Sequence record: ON210137.1
Strand: one strand, 5' to 3'
Length of the DNA stretch: 64,000 bases
DNA from: Escherichia phage EC150
Part shown: positions 22,190-31,778 of the stretch, in pieces
Numbering within the stretch: position 1 is the first letter of the stretch
Layout: each line of letters starts with the position of its first letter
The notes under the pieces: generated by a model
Database searches by the model: none
Seen by the model: the letters and a program-made list of their open reading frames with translations, nothing else
What the model was told of the DNA's origin: nothing
Position numbers and translations under genes: made by a program

Positions 22190-22460
22190 AATGACGTATC
22201 ATCCGTATCAAGTAAGTAGTTGTTTTCAAAAGAATCTTACGGATGATACGGATGATACGCGTTGCCGCGATACTTTATAGGAATTCAAATAAATTAATTT
22301 AAAATTATATATCTAATTTAATTTTATTTTTTTATAAACTCTTATATATGAAAAGTATCCGTATCATCCGTATCATCCGTAGCACACCAGTGATAGCGCG
22401 GCTTATACACCGATACGGATAAAAATACGCCTCATTTTATCCGTATCATCCGTATCACAC
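22190..22460. repeat. iteron-like GGATGATACG arrays in opposed orientation around an AT-rich core (module B)
   Basis: CGTATC at 22195, 22204, 22360, 22369, 22442, 22451. GATACG at 22245, 22254, 22412. Inverted repeat CTTACGGATGATACGGATGATACG (22236-22259) / CGTATCATCCGTATCATCCGTAG (22360-22382). AATCTTACGGATGATACGG is identical to 6373-6390. Confidence 0.7.
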
Positions 22461-22516
22461 TAATTAAGGCGCGCGGCTATATCGGTTGTTATACATATTC
22501 AAACCATAATTATTGT

Positions 22517-22545
22517 TTGCCTAAGTTTTTTTCATTAGATATAAT
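22517..22545 (+). promoter_or_regulatory. sigma70-like promoter for the head operon
   Basis: TTGCCT (22517-22522), 17-nt spacer, TATAAT (22540-22545). Confidence 0.55.
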
Positions 22546-22574
22546 ACACAATACTTATTTGAGGGTGGATGCGA

Positions 22575-23987
22575 ATGCAAACGGCACGCGAAATTGACAA
22601 AAATGGATTCTTGACGATTGTGGGTTGTCCCATTTCGTCATTTGGCATTTTTGATTATTCTGCAGGTCAGGTTGGACTTGATGGTGATCCGAATCGCATC
22701 GTAAAAGTTTATCGCCCAGAGTCAGCGGTGAAAGACCCCGAAGCGATAGATTCATTCAAAAATATCCCTTTCATCGACAATCACGAAATGCTTTCTGGAT
22801 TCGAAGGTGATGAGGATAACACAGCACCCGAAGAGTATGGCGTTGATGGCGTTCTAACTGGCAATGTTTATTATGACAAGCCATGGATGCGCGGCGACCT
22901 TAAAGTTTTTAGCCGTCGTCTGAAGAAAGCCATCGATTCTGGAAAGGTTGACTTGTCTTTGGGCTATGACTGTGAATTCATCATACAGTCTGGAGAGTTT
23001 GACGGGCAGCCGTATGAAGTGGTACAGACAACTCTTCGCGGCAACCACATTGCTCTCGTGGACGTTGGTCGAGTACCAGGTGCACGGGTGCTGGATGGTC
23101 GTTGCTTTGACCATCTTTGTTTGACGACTGTAACACCATCCAACGAGGATTTAGACATGCCAAAACCGTTAAAAGGTAAAGCGCGTGATAATGCTGTTGA
23201 ACAGCTGAAGTCGCTGATCCCTGCGCTCGAACAATTTCTGAATGAAGAGAGCACCGAAGCTGCTCATCAGGACGAAGTTGAAGTGAAAGCAGAAGAGAAG
23301 GATTCAACCGAAGAACGTGAAGAAGTGATGGTTGATCCAGAAGTCAAAGCAGAAGCTGAAGAGACTCCAGAAGGTGAAGAGAAGTTTGAAGTTGAAACTG
23401 AATCTCACGCTGGCGGCGAGCTTCCGCAACTGATCAGCCAAATCGAAGCACTTATTGCAAAACTGAAAGGTGGCGCGGTAGGTGATGAAGAAGAAGTTGA
23501 AGCCGAAGTCAAAGACGAAGAAGTTGAAGTCAAGGCTGAAGATGTATCACCTTGCGACAAAGCTGAAGATGTGGTTAGCGGCCTGCAAAACAGCAACGTA
23601 AAGGGGGCTTCGGTCGAAAAAGATGACAAACCGACAAAAGCGGCGAAAGCGTCGCCAGGTCCAGCAAAAGGGGAACACTCAATGGCATCTGATTCAGCAG
23701 TTGCTGCTTTCTACGCTGATTCTGCTCGTAAGAATAGCCTCTACCAGCGCCTGTCTAAAGTTGTTGGTGCCTTTGATCATGCAACTATGGACTCCAAGTC
23801 CGTAGCGAAATATGGCGCTAAAAAGTTAGGCTTGAAGTGCGTTGATGGTGCTGAGTTTGACGTGGTGGATAATTATCTGCGCGGCGTTGAACACGGTCAA
23901 AAACAGCGTGTAGTCGCAAAACAAAAGGCTGCTGCGGATTCTGCAGCAACTGACGAAGCGTTTGAAGCTTGGTTGAAAGGGGAATAA
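22575..23987 (+). CDS. putative prohead protease/scaffold protein (DUF2213-like N-terminus, acidic E/K/V-rich centre)
   Basis: ATG 22575 is preferred over 22569 on RBS spacing (GAGG at 22561). The N-terminal ~190 aa recall the DUF2213 phage family. Central EEVEVKAE repeats are scaffold-like. Lies upstream of the capsid gene. Confidence 0.6.
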   Translation: MQTAREIDKNGFLTIVGCPISSFGIFDYSAGQVGLDGDPNRIVKVYRPESAVKDPEAIDSFKNIPFIDNHEMLSGFEGDEDNTAPEEYGVDGVLTGNVYYDKPWMRGDLKVFSRRLKKAIDSGKVDLSLGYDCEFIIQSGEFDGQPYEVVQTTLRGNHIALVDVGRVPGARVLDGRCFDHLCLTTVTPSNEDLDMPKPLKGKARDNAVEQLKSLIPALEQFLNEESTEAAHQDEVEVKAEEKDSTEEREEVMVDPEVKAEAEETPEGEEKFEVETESHAGGELPQLISQIEALIAKLKGGAVGDEEEVEAEVKDEEVEVKAEDVSPCDKAEDVVSGLQNSNVKGASVEKDDKPTKAAKASPGPAKGEHSMASDSAVAAFYADSARKNSLYQRLSKVVGAFDHATMDSKSVAKYGAKKLGLKCVDGAEFDVVDNYLRGVEHGQKQRVVAKQKAAADSAATDEAFEAWLKGE

Positions 23988-23989
23988 AC

Positions 23990-24607
23990 ATGACTTTCCA
24001 AACTAGTGTAGGCCGTCAATATACAACTGGCTTTCCTGGCGACATCGTTCGCGACGGCCCACAGCGTGGGAAGCCAGGCCGAATTGCCAACGCTAACGAA
24101 GGCGCAAACGTAAACGCCATCAGCCGTGTGTTCGGTTTTAAGACTGACGTATCCTTAATGGGTACTGGTCAAACCAAAACTTTGGGCGCGCAGGACTTTG
24201 AAGTTGAGCTGGGCGGCACTAACTACTACGGCATCCTCGGCAATAGCAAGCGTTACGCGCTGTATGGCAACTCTACTGGCCCTTTGGGTGCCAGCATGGT
24301 TCTGCCTCAATATAGCGAAGGCGAGTTCTATGATATGTGCACGGGCCTCGTAGTTGAAGTATTCAACCCAAGCACCAGTCCGCAGACGCTTAACTATGGC
24401 GACCTGCTTGCTTATGTACCTAAAGGCATTTCCAGCGGTAACAACCCGAACAACTTGCCTATTGGTGCAATTATCGCCTATACTGGCTCATTGCCAACTG
24501 GCATGGTTGCCATCCCAGGCGGTATTGTGATTGACCCGACGACTATTGCCCTTTCCGGCCCAAGCGTCCAGTCTTCCACTTATACCATTGTACAATTGAC
24601 TCGTTAA
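23990..24607 (+). CDS. head structural protein (decoration/cement candidate)
   Basis: In-frame ATG 23990 after GAAAGGGG. 205 aa, Gly/Pro/Asn-rich. Sits between the scaffold and major capsid genes. Confidence 0.55.
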   Translation: MTFQTSVGRQYTTGFPGDIVRDGPQRGKPGRIANANEGANVNAISRVFGFKTDVSLMGTGQTKTLGAQDFEVELGGTNYYGILGNSKRYALYGNSTGPLGASMVLPQYSEGEFYDMCTGLVVEVFNPSTSPQTLNYGDLLAYVPKGISSGNNPNNLPIGAIIAYTGSLPTGMVAIPGGIVIDPTTIALSGPSVQSSTYTIVQLTR

Positions 24608-24621
24608 TAGGCAGGTGAATA

Positions 24622-25761
24622 ATGACTCGCATTAGCCAAACACACTCTCGCCTCCCAGCGAGCAAGGTGCGCCCTTTTGATATGCAATCCGTGACCGACG
24701 CGGCTGTTTCCCAGCTTGCGCGTATCGGTATTGTGTTTGATTCCGCGATTGTGCGTGATCAGATTGAGCACTTAAACCGTGCAGGCGCTTTCCGCGTAGG
24801 TGACGCCGCATTTACTGCGCCGCAGACCACGCCATCAATCCCGACCCCGCTGCAGTTCCTGCAACAGTGGCTGCCTGGCTTCGTCAAAATCATGACCGCT
24901 GCCCGTAAAATTGACGAGCTGGTTGGTATTGATACTGTTGGTCAGTGGGAAGATGCAGAAATCGTTCAGGGCATCGTTGAACCAGCTGGCACCGCAGTTG
25001 AATATGGTGATTTCACCTCTATTCCTCTGGCAAGCTGGAACGTGAACTTTGAACGCCGTTCCATCGTTCGCGGTGAAATGGGCATGGCAGTCGGCATGCT
25101 GGAAGAAGGCCGCGCGTCTGCGATGCGTCTGAACTCTGCAGAGACCAAGCGCCAGCAGGCTGCTGTATCTCTGGAAATCATGCGTAACGCAATCGGCTTC
25201 TATGGTTGGTATAACGGGAACAACCGCACGTTCGGCTTCCTGAATGATCCAAACCTGCCAGCGGCAATGACTTCAAACACCACTTCCGGCTGGGCTACTG
25301 CGACCTTCCAACAGGTGACTGCAGACATCCGTTTGATGGTTCGTCAAATCCGTGTCAACTCTCAGGACCAGATTGATCCAGAGAAGGTTGATATGACTCT
25401 GGCGCTGCCGACCAACTCTATTGATTGGCTGTCAAACACCACCGACTTCGGTATTTCTGTACGTGACTGGATCACCCAGACTTATCCGAAGATGAAGATC
25501 AAATCTGCACCGGAACTCAACGGCGCACTTGGCAGTGACCCGACTTTCCTGAACGTGGCATATCTGTACGCTGATCACATCGATTCCTCAATTGATGGCT
25601 CAAGCGATGATGGTTCCGTATTCAGTCAACTGGTCCAGACTAAGTTTATGACTCTGGGCGTTGAGAAACGCGCTAAGAGCTACGTTGAAGACTACGCAAA
25701 CGCAACAGCAGGCGTTCTGCTCAAGCGTCCTTTCGCAGTCGTCCGTATGACTGGTATCTAA
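24622..25761 (+). CDS. major capsid protein (DUF2184-like)
   Basis: 379 aa. Strongly biased, highly expressed-looking codon usage. Position after the scaffold gene, followed by stem-loop 25787-25816. Family assignment is by recall. Confidence 0.8.
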   Translation: MTRISQTHSRLPASKVRPFDMQSVTDAAVSQLARIGIVFDSAIVRDQIEHLNRAGAFRVGDAAFTAPQTTPSIPTPLQFLQQWLPGFVKIMTAARKIDELVGIDTVGQWEDAEIVQGIVEPAGTAVEYGDFTSIPLASWNVNFERRSIVRGEMGMAVGMLEEGRASAMRLNSAETKRQQAAVSLEIMRNAIGFYGWYNGNNRTFGFLNDPNLPAAMTSNTTSGWATATFQQVTADIRLMVRQIRVNSQDQIDPEKVDMTLALPTNSIDWLSNTTDFGISVRDWITQTYPKMKIKSAPELNGALGSDPTFLNVAYLYADHIDSSIDGSSDDGSVFSQLVQTKFMTLGVEKRAKSYVEDYANATAGVLLKRPFAVVRMTGI

Positions 25762-25876
25762 TTGCTGTGATTACACAGTAAAACACATGGGGCGTGGTCG
25801 AAAGGCTTCGCCCCATATCAATAGACCTCAAGGGCTGTAGGGGCTTATCTGAGGCTTATATAAATAGGACTACAAA

Positions 25877-26341
25877 ATGCCAAAATACATCGTTTCAACT
25901 ATGTCTATGTCAGTCAACTACACTTTCTATACGGAAGTGAAAGAAAACCCGAATGCAAAAGCTGGTTCAGGCGCTCTTCCAAATATTCGCAAACAGATTC
26001 TGATCAAGGGCGGTGCTGGTCTTACTTCGGCAACTTCCGGCTTTGGTGAAATGGCAAAAGGCGCTGATGGTGCACCTTTGTGGACTCCTGAAGGAATCGT
26101 CACCGTTGTAAGCGATGCTGATTTTGAACATTTAAAAGATCATCACGTATTCAAGCAGCACCTTGAAAAAGGTCTGGTTAAAGTGGTTAACCACGACATC
26201 GTTGGCAATCATAAAGCTGTCGCTAAAGAAGCGCGCGGCATGTCAGATGACCCGTTCGCACCTATGACGCGTGAGACGGCTGACAAGCGCATCAAGGTTA
26301 AATTGAGCGGCGAACAAGAAGATGATTTGTTCCGCGTTTAA
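25877..26341 (+). CDS. hypothetical head-associated protein
   Basis: 154-aa ORF directly after the capsid gene. Confidence 0.55.
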   Translation: MPKYIVSTMSMSVNYTFYTEVKENPNAKAGSGALPNIRKQILIKGGAGLTSATSGFGEMAKGADGAPLWTPEGIVTVVSDADFEHLKDHHVFKQHLEKGLVKVVNHDIVGNHKAVAKEARGMSDDPFAPMTRETADKRIKVKLSGEQEDDLFRV

Positions 26342-26355
26342 ATAAGGTGAATGCC

Positions 26356-26811
26356 ATGTCATTAGATTACGAAAAGTTCAGAATAAAATTTCCACAGTTT
26401 GCTGATCAGGTAAAATTCCCTGACACAACGCTTCAAGTATTCTATGACATGGCATGTGAATTTATTGAATCACAAGACAGTCCTTGTCGTGTTTTAAATG
26501 GCAGTAAATTGGAGCTGGCATTGGAATATATGACGGCTCATCTTTTATGCATAGCCACAGACCAACAGGTGTCTGTGTCTTCTGGTGACGGAGTTGAACA
26601 AGGCGGCTTCGTGACTGGTGCAACAATCGGTGACATCACCGTGAATAAGGTAGCGCCGCCTGCAAGTGATGGTTGGGAATACTGGCTTTCAAGCACTCCT
26701 TATGGCATGGCGCTTTGGGCGCTTCTGCAAGCACTGGCTGTCGGCGGCTTGTCGTTTGGCGGTCTTCCAGAGCGCGAAGGATTTCGTAAAATTGGTGGGG
26801 TATTCTGGTGA
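26356..26811 (+). CDS. head-tail adaptor candidate (DUF4054-like)
   Basis: ATG 26356 with AAGGTGA 5 nt upstream. The N-terminal ..F...FPQF.. pattern and the position suggest a head completion protein. Confidence 0.5.
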   Translation: MSLDYEKFRIKFPQFADQVKFPDTTLQVFYDMACEFIESQDSPCRVLNGSKLELALEYMTAHLLCIATDQQVSVSSGDGVEQGGFVTGATIGDITVNKVAPPASDGWEYWLSSTPYGMALWALLQALAVGGLSFGGLPEREGFRKIGGVFW

Positions 26812-27194
26812 GGATTCCTGGCGTAAACTTATATCGAGTTGCGACAAAGGTCATCGGTCGCCAACCGATTCAATATTACATGTACAAGGGGCGCACTCTT
26901 GATAAAATGCGCAACTACGTTACCACTTATGAAGAACCAATCACGCTACTTGCTTCGGTGCAGGCTGTTCTTCGAAATCAATACGTCGAGCTTGGATTGG
27001 AGCTTCAAAAGAACTATGTCAAAATCTGGGTAGACAAAGACATTGTTGACCTTGACCGCGACGCTTCCGGCGACTATTTTGTGTTTGGTGGGAAAACGTA
27101 TAAAATGGAAGATGAAACGACATGGTTTGACCAAGATGGTTGGACGACTTGCCTTGCCGTGGAAATAAAACAAAGCTTTCCAGTGTCTACTTGA
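26808..27194 (+). CDS. hypothetical neck/head-completion protein
   Basis: GTG 26808 overlaps the upstream TGA. 128 aa. Confidence 0.5.
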   Translation: MRIPGVNLYRVATKVIGRQPIQYYMYKGRTLDKMRNYVTTYEEPITLLASVQAVLRNQYVELGLELQKNYVKIWVDKDIVDLDRDASGDYFVFGGKTYKMEDETTWFDQDGWTTCLAVEIKQSFPVST

Positions 27195-27201
27195 GGTGTA
27201 T

Positions 27202-27777
27202 ATGACAGATGTCGACCTGATTGACATGCTGGCAACGCGAATTGAAGAAGGTCTGGCGGCGTATAGTCGTGCAGACCTTTCTGCTGTTCCGGTCCAGAAA
27301 AAGTATCAACCGACTCAACAGGGTATTCCGACTGGTGACCAAATTTGGTTTAACCTTTTATTCTCAGTTCCGTTTGGATGGTCCATGAGGAAAAGTGAAT
27401 TTGTCAATGATGAGTCTCAATTTGTAAACGGAAAATTCAAAGATATTGAAGATCAAATATACGCTACACGTTTTCAAATCAGCGGCTTATTTCCAGAAGT
27501 TCCTGGCAATCCAGAAAAGCCTACTGCTAATGACGTATTGACTTATTTGGCAAGATTCATAACTCATAAAGCGAATTTGAGGGATTGGTTCAAAAAGCAT
27601 CAGGCATCAGTATATCGAATCGACATGAATAATAATGAAAAGTTTTATGATGACATGTCGCAATTTGAATCATTCCCTTCTTTTGATTTGGTAATACTTC
27701 ACAGAAACGCAATTTCAATTGATACTCCTGCTGTTGCAAGAGCTGTTAATAATGATTTGGGTGATATTCCGGTGTAA
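27202..27777 (+). CDS. hypothetical neck protein
   Basis: ATG 27202 with TGAGG 5 nt upstream. 191 aa. Confidence 0.5.
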   Translation: MTDVDLIDMLATRIEEGLAAYSRADLSAVPVQKKYQPTQQGIPTGDQIWFNLLFSVPFGWSMRKSEFVNDESQFVNGKFKDIEDQIYATRFQISGLFPEVPGNPEKPTANDVLTYLARFITHKANLRDWFKKHQASVYRIDMNNNEKFYDDMSQFESFPSFDLVILHRNAISIDTPAVARAVNNDLGDIPV

Positions 27778-27778
27778 T

Positions 27779-28264
27779 ATGACAAAATCAAAAATGATAG
27801 AAAAACAGATTAAGGCGCTTCAGTCTATGAAGGGTCTTACTGTTGAGGCAGGATGGTTTGATTCTACCAGATACCCTTCAGAAACTGGTGGAGAAGGAAT
27901 ACTGGTGTCAGAAGTCGCGCGACTTAACGAGTTTGGTCACATAGCTGTTTTGAACTTTGGACAAGGCCCAGTCAGGGTAGAAGTGCCACCCAGACCATTC
28001 ATGAGATATGCCTATGAATTATTCGTTAGTGAGCGCAGTGAAATAGAGAATAAAATTGCTAAAAAGATTTTTTCCGGTAAAATAGACGCTAGACAGGCAT
28101 TGGGTCAAATTGGGCTTGCGATGGAAGCAAAGATTGTCGAATCAATTAAAAACGGACCGTGGCAACCAAATGCCAGATATACTGTACGTGTGAAGGGATT
28201 CGACAAGCCTTTGATTCACACTAGCCTCATGTGGCAATCTGTCAGCAGCCAAGTCATTAAATAA
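27779..28264 (+). CDS. HK97 gp10-like head-tail joining/tail completion protein
   Basis: In-frame ATG 27779. VARLNEFGH...VPPRPFMRYA...KGFDKPLIHTSLMWQSV matches the HK97 gp10 family pattern (..EfG....PpRPF.. / ..pL.dTG.l..s). Confidence 0.6.
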   Translation: MTKSKMIEKQIKALQSMKGLTVEAGWFDSTRYPSETGGEGILVSEVARLNEFGHIAVLNFGQGPVRVEVPPRPFMRYAYELFVSERSEIENKIAKKIFSGKIDARQALGQIGLAMEAKIVESIKNGPWQPNARYTVRVKGFDKPLIHTSLMWQSVSSQVIK

Positions 28265-28276
28265 GAGGACACCGAC

Positions 28277-29815
28277 GTGATCAGTCAATCTCGTTATATT
28301 AAAATTGTATCAGGGGTCGGAGCAGGCGCGGCTGTTGCAGTTCGCAAACTGTCGCTTCGCGTCATGACTTCTAATACAGTTCTGCCGCCGGGCATTGTAG
28401 CAGAATTTTCAACGGCTGATGCTGTTGGATCATATTTCGGTTATTCTTCCGAAGAATATAAGCGCGCAGCATTATATTTTGGATTCATCAGCAAGCAAAT
28501 TAACTCGCCTGATTCAATCAGCTTCTCGCGTATTGTTTCAACTGCGATTCCAGCAATGGTCATCGGTGATACTGAGCCTAAAGTGCTTGCTACGTTTCAA
28601 GCATTCACTGGCGCTATTTTAAGCATCACTTATGATGGCACAGACTACCTGACTGACGCAATTAACCTTTCAGCGGCAACAAGTCTGGCGAATGTGGCTG
28701 AACTTCTGGAAACGGCAATCAATACTAAATTTGCAGCAGAAGGTGGCACGTCGGTGCCTGCACTTGCTGATGCAGAAGTGTATTGGAACGCTAATACTCA
28801 GCAGTTCACGCTGGAAGCAGCGCCGTCGACCGCTGGCGCAGGCAACCTGTCTATCAACGTCACAGGCCAACCGACCGACCCGTCTCAAGCATTGGGTTGG
28901 ACCACCACTGGCACCGTAACCGTTGCAGGCCAGGGCGTTTCAAGTCCGGTAGAAGCAATCGCAGCATCTGTGGAAATCTCCAACAACTTCGGCTCATTCC
29001 TTTTTGCTGGGGCTGACCGAACTCTGGAAGAAATTACCGCTGTGGCAGCGTGGAATCATTCGCAGAATAATATGTACATGTATTTATTCTCGACTTCGTT
29101 TGCTAATATCGGGTCATACTACACCGCTCTGAAAGGGTACTCAGGCGTTGGCATGATGATTCGCGCAACTAACCTTGCCAACGATTACATCGACCAAGCA
29201 CCTGCTGAAATCCTCGCGGCAACAAACTATAATACTGTGAATGCGACTCAAAACTACATGTATTATCAGTTTGATACTCGCAACGTGACTGTTTCAACTG
29301 ACTCTCGCGCAGATACTGCTGATCAAAACCGTGCGAACTACATCGGCGCTACTCAGCAGGCCGGACAAACCTTGGCATTCTTCCAGCGCGGCGTATTGAT
29401 GGGCGGGTCAACAGCAGCAGTTGATATGAACACTTATGCCAACGAAATGTGGCTCAAGTCTGCTATTACATCTCAGCTGTTCAGCATGTTCTTGAATCTT
29501 GGTCGCGTCCCTGCTAACGAAGAAGGGAAAGCGACTGTGCAAGCCATGATTCAGGTTGCTGTGGATAACGCAAAAGTGAACGGCACCATCTCTGTTGGCA
29601 AGGCGCTGACTGAGATTCAGAAACAATACATCACGCAAACTTCCGGTGACAACACTGCTTGGCGGCAGGTTGAAACTATCGGTTACTGGCTGACTGTAGA
29701 TTTTGATACTGAAACCACTTCCGATGGGCGCACCGAATACTATGCAACATACACGCTAATCTACTCTAAAGATGATGCTGTGCGTCGCGTTGAAGGTCGT
29801 GACGTTCTTATCTAA
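28277..29815 (+). CDS. tail sheath protein (DUF3383-like)
   Basis: GTG start with AAGAGGA 7 nt upstream. 512 aa. Directly precedes the tube gene. Stem-loop at 29822-29839 after the stop. Confidence 0.8.
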   Translation: MISQSRYIKIVSGVGAGAAVAVRKLSLRVMTSNTVLPPGIVAEFSTADAVGSYFGYSSEEYKRAALYFGFISKQINSPDSISFSRIVSTAIPAMVIGDTEPKVLATFQAFTGAILSITYDGTDYLTDAINLSAATSLANVAELLETAINTKFAAEGGTSVPALADAEVYWNANTQQFTLEAAPSTAGAGNLSINVTGQPTDPSQALGWTTTGTVTVAGQGVSSPVEAIAASVEISNNFGSFLFAGADRTLEEITAVAAWNHSQNNMYMYLFSTSFANIGSYYTALKGYSGVGMMIRATNLANDYIDQAPAEILAATNYNTVNATQNYMYYQFDTRNVTVSTDSRADTADQNRANYIGATQQAGQTLAFFQRGVLMGGSTAAVDMNTYANEMWLKSAITSQLFSMFLNLGRVPANEEGKATVQAMIQVAVDNAKVNGTISVGKALTEIQKQYITQTSGDNTAWRQVETIGYWLTVDFDTETTSDGRTEYYATYTLIYSKDDAVRRVEGRDVLI

Positions 29816-29862
29816 ATAATTGCCGCCGTAACTGGCGGCCATCTCTCTGAGAGGAATCTGTA

Positions 29863-30330
29863 ATGATTAACGTTTCCGGTTTTGGCGCTTCGATTCGTTT
29901 AGTGGCATCAAACACTTTTCCAAATGGTGTAACCCTTTCTGATTTCGCAGATGATGCTGATCCGATTGACGCGCCTGATCTTCAAATCTCTGAAGCCGCA
30001 ATGGGGCTTAACGGTGACCTGGTAGTCTGGAACCGTGCCAACCCTCTTGAAGTAGGCGTCAACATCATCCCTACTTCTGAAAGCGATGTAAACTTAGATG
30101 TTCTGGCAGCGGCTAACCGTGTAGGCAAGCGCAAGAACTCTGCGAAAGACGTGATCACCCTTATTCTGACCTACCCTTCTGGCATGGTCATTACACTGAA
30201 CAAGGGCACTTTGACGACTGGTTCAGTAATTCCTGGCATCCAGTCTCAGGGTCGTGTAAAAACACGTCAATATCGCTTTAAGTTTGAGAACGTAGTCAAA
30301 ACTGGCGTGAGCAACCAAGAGATTTTATAA
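29863..30330 (+). CDS. tail tube protein
   Basis: 155 aa, immediately after the sheath gene. Has a paralog at 31281..31778. Confidence 0.7.
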   Translation: MINVSGFGASIRLVASNTFPNGVTLSDFADDADPIDAPDLQISEAAMGLNGDLVVWNRANPLEVGVNIIPTSESDVNLDVLAAANRVGKRKNSAKDVITLILTYPSGMVITLNKGTLTTGSVIPGIQSQGRVKTRQYRFKFENVVKTGVSNQEIL

Positions 30331-30659
30331 TGTATCAAATACCACTTGACAGCGTACCTAACCAGAATATCAGCTTTAACGTTGACGGGGCTTATTGGCA
30401 GCTGCACATATTCGCCGCAATTGAGCACATGTGCGCAGATGTTTACCGCAATGGCGAATTGTTGATTCAAGGGGTGCGCTGTTTTGGTGGTATACCAATG
30501 GTGCCTTATAAATATCTCATGATTGGGTACGGCAATTTTATTTTTGACAGCACGCCCGATTATGAGAACTTTAATTCTGGCGGCTGTAATTTATATTACA
30601 TGTCAGAATCTGAGTTGGCTGAATTCCAGAAAACTGCTGAAGCGGAGTTTGCAATTTGA
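30330..30659 (+). CDS. hypothetical tail protein
   Basis: 109-aa ORF with TAATG overlap. Confidence 0.5.
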   Translation: MYQIPLDSVPNQNISFNVDGAYWQLHIFAAIEHMCADVYRNGELLIQGVRCFGGIPMVPYKYLMIGYGNFIFDSTPDYENFNSGGCNLYYMSESELAEFQKTAEAEFAI

Positions 30660-31012
30660 CAACTCTAACGATTGAAGTTAATGATAACAACGACCTGTTT
30701 CTGCCTGATGGAAGAAATTTGAATATTCTGTCAGGAGAAAAGGCCATGGTACAAGTTATCAAGGCAGCGCATCAAATGCGACTTGGTGAAGACTTGTACG
30801 ATGTTGAAAACGGAGTCGATTATTTAGGCACTGTTTTCAAATCGCCCGTTGATGAAGACGGTGCGAGAAAGTCGATTGCAGATGCTATTCTGAAGAAAGC
30901 AGACGTTGCCGGAATCGACTCATTGACTGTCACCATCCAAAACGGTATTCTTGGATTCACCGCTGAAGTGGTGACTATTTATGGCGAACGTATAAAGGTG
31001 AGTAATCAATAA
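30656..31012 (+). CDS. hypothetical tail protein
   Basis: TTG start overlapping the upstream stop. 118 aa. Confidence 0.5.
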   Translation: MTTLTIEVNDNNDLFLPDGRNLNILSGEKAMVQVIKAAHQMRLGEDLYDVENGVDYLGTVFKSPVDEDGARKSIADAILKKADVAGIDSLTVTIQNGILGFTAEVVTIYGERIKVSNQ

Positions 31013-31278
31013 TGGCACAAGTAATTCATTTTGCTAATGGCGTCATGAAATTTGGCGAAAAATTTGAAGACGCATCTGAATTATTTAACAAGACTTCAAA
31101 GCCTGTTGTGGAGAAGAAAGAACAGGTTGAAGAGAAGGCAGTAGAATCGAAAGTTGATTTTGATTCGATGAGCGTCTCTGAATTGAAGGCTTATGCAAAG
31201 GAACATGAGATTGACATCAAAGGTCTTTCTTATAAGGATGAAATTCTTGCAGCAGTTAAATCTGCATCTGCGGAGTAA
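31012..31278 (+). CDS. hypothetical protein with C-terminal SAP/Rho-N-like motif
   Basis: 88 aa. MSVSELKAYAKEHEIDIKGLSYKDEILAAV resembles the SAP/HeH helix-extended-helix motif. Confidence 0.5.
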   Translation: MAQVIHFANGVMKFGEKFEDASELFNKTSKPVVEKKEQVEEKAVESKVDFDSMSVSELKAYAKEHEIDIKGLSYKDEILAAVKSASAE

Positions 31279-31280
31279 AC

Positions 31281-31778
31281 ATGGTCAATATTAGTGGATT
31301 TGGCACAAGCATTAGAATTGTCGCTCTCCAATCTTTTCCTGTTGGGCTGAATATCAGTTCTTTGTCTGATGACCAGGATTCGCTAATTATTGAGGAAGTT
31401 GAATCAGTAGGCTATCAACTTACTTATGACGGCGGCATTTGTATTTATGACAAGGCCGCCGTCGTTCGCGTATCCATTGCGGTGATCCCAAACACTGAAG
31501 ATGACATAAACCTAAAGCTTTTGCTTTCCGCTCGTAAAGGCGGATTCAAGTGGCTTCCTATACAGGATGTCACGTCAATGCTTATTACATATCCTGATGG
31601 CGGCAGAGTAGCATTTTCGAACGGGACCATAATCAGCGGTCCGCTTGGCGACTCCATTGAGCAATCCGGTCGTCGCAAGACAAACAGATATACATTCGTG
31701 TTTGCCAGCTACGGCGGCGCACAGAGCACATCGCAAATTGCAAAAGGCGTGGTGCAGAGCATATTGGGGTCAATTTAA
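31281..31778 (+). CDS. tail tube paralog (tube initiator/terminator candidate)
   Basis: Colinear with 29863..30330: M(I/V)N(V/I)SGFG(A/T)SIR(L/I)VA...(N/S)I(I/A)(P/V)(T/I)(S/P)(E/N)(S/T)(D/E)(V/D)(N/D)(L/I)..L...(I/L)(T/I)TYP(S/D)G...R(Q/N)RY(R/T)F. Confidence 0.6.
   Translation: MVNISGFGTSIRIVALQSFPVGLNISSLSDDQDSLIIEEVESVGYQLTYDGGICIYDKAAVVRVSIAVIPNTEDDINLKLLLSARKGGFKWLPIQDVTSMLITYPDGGRVAFSNGTIISGPLGDSIEQSGRRKTNRYTFVFASYGGAQSTSQIAKGVVQSILGSI

Noticed and set aside
25787-25816. Stem-loops after the capsid gene (25787-25816) and the sheath gene (29822-29839), and the intercistronic hairpins at 55823-55856 and 58019-58057, as full terminators
   Set aside because: They are good GC stems but lack a following T-tract on the transcribed strand. 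They are more likely mRNA-stabilising or processing structures or partial attenuators, so they are not listed as terminators.
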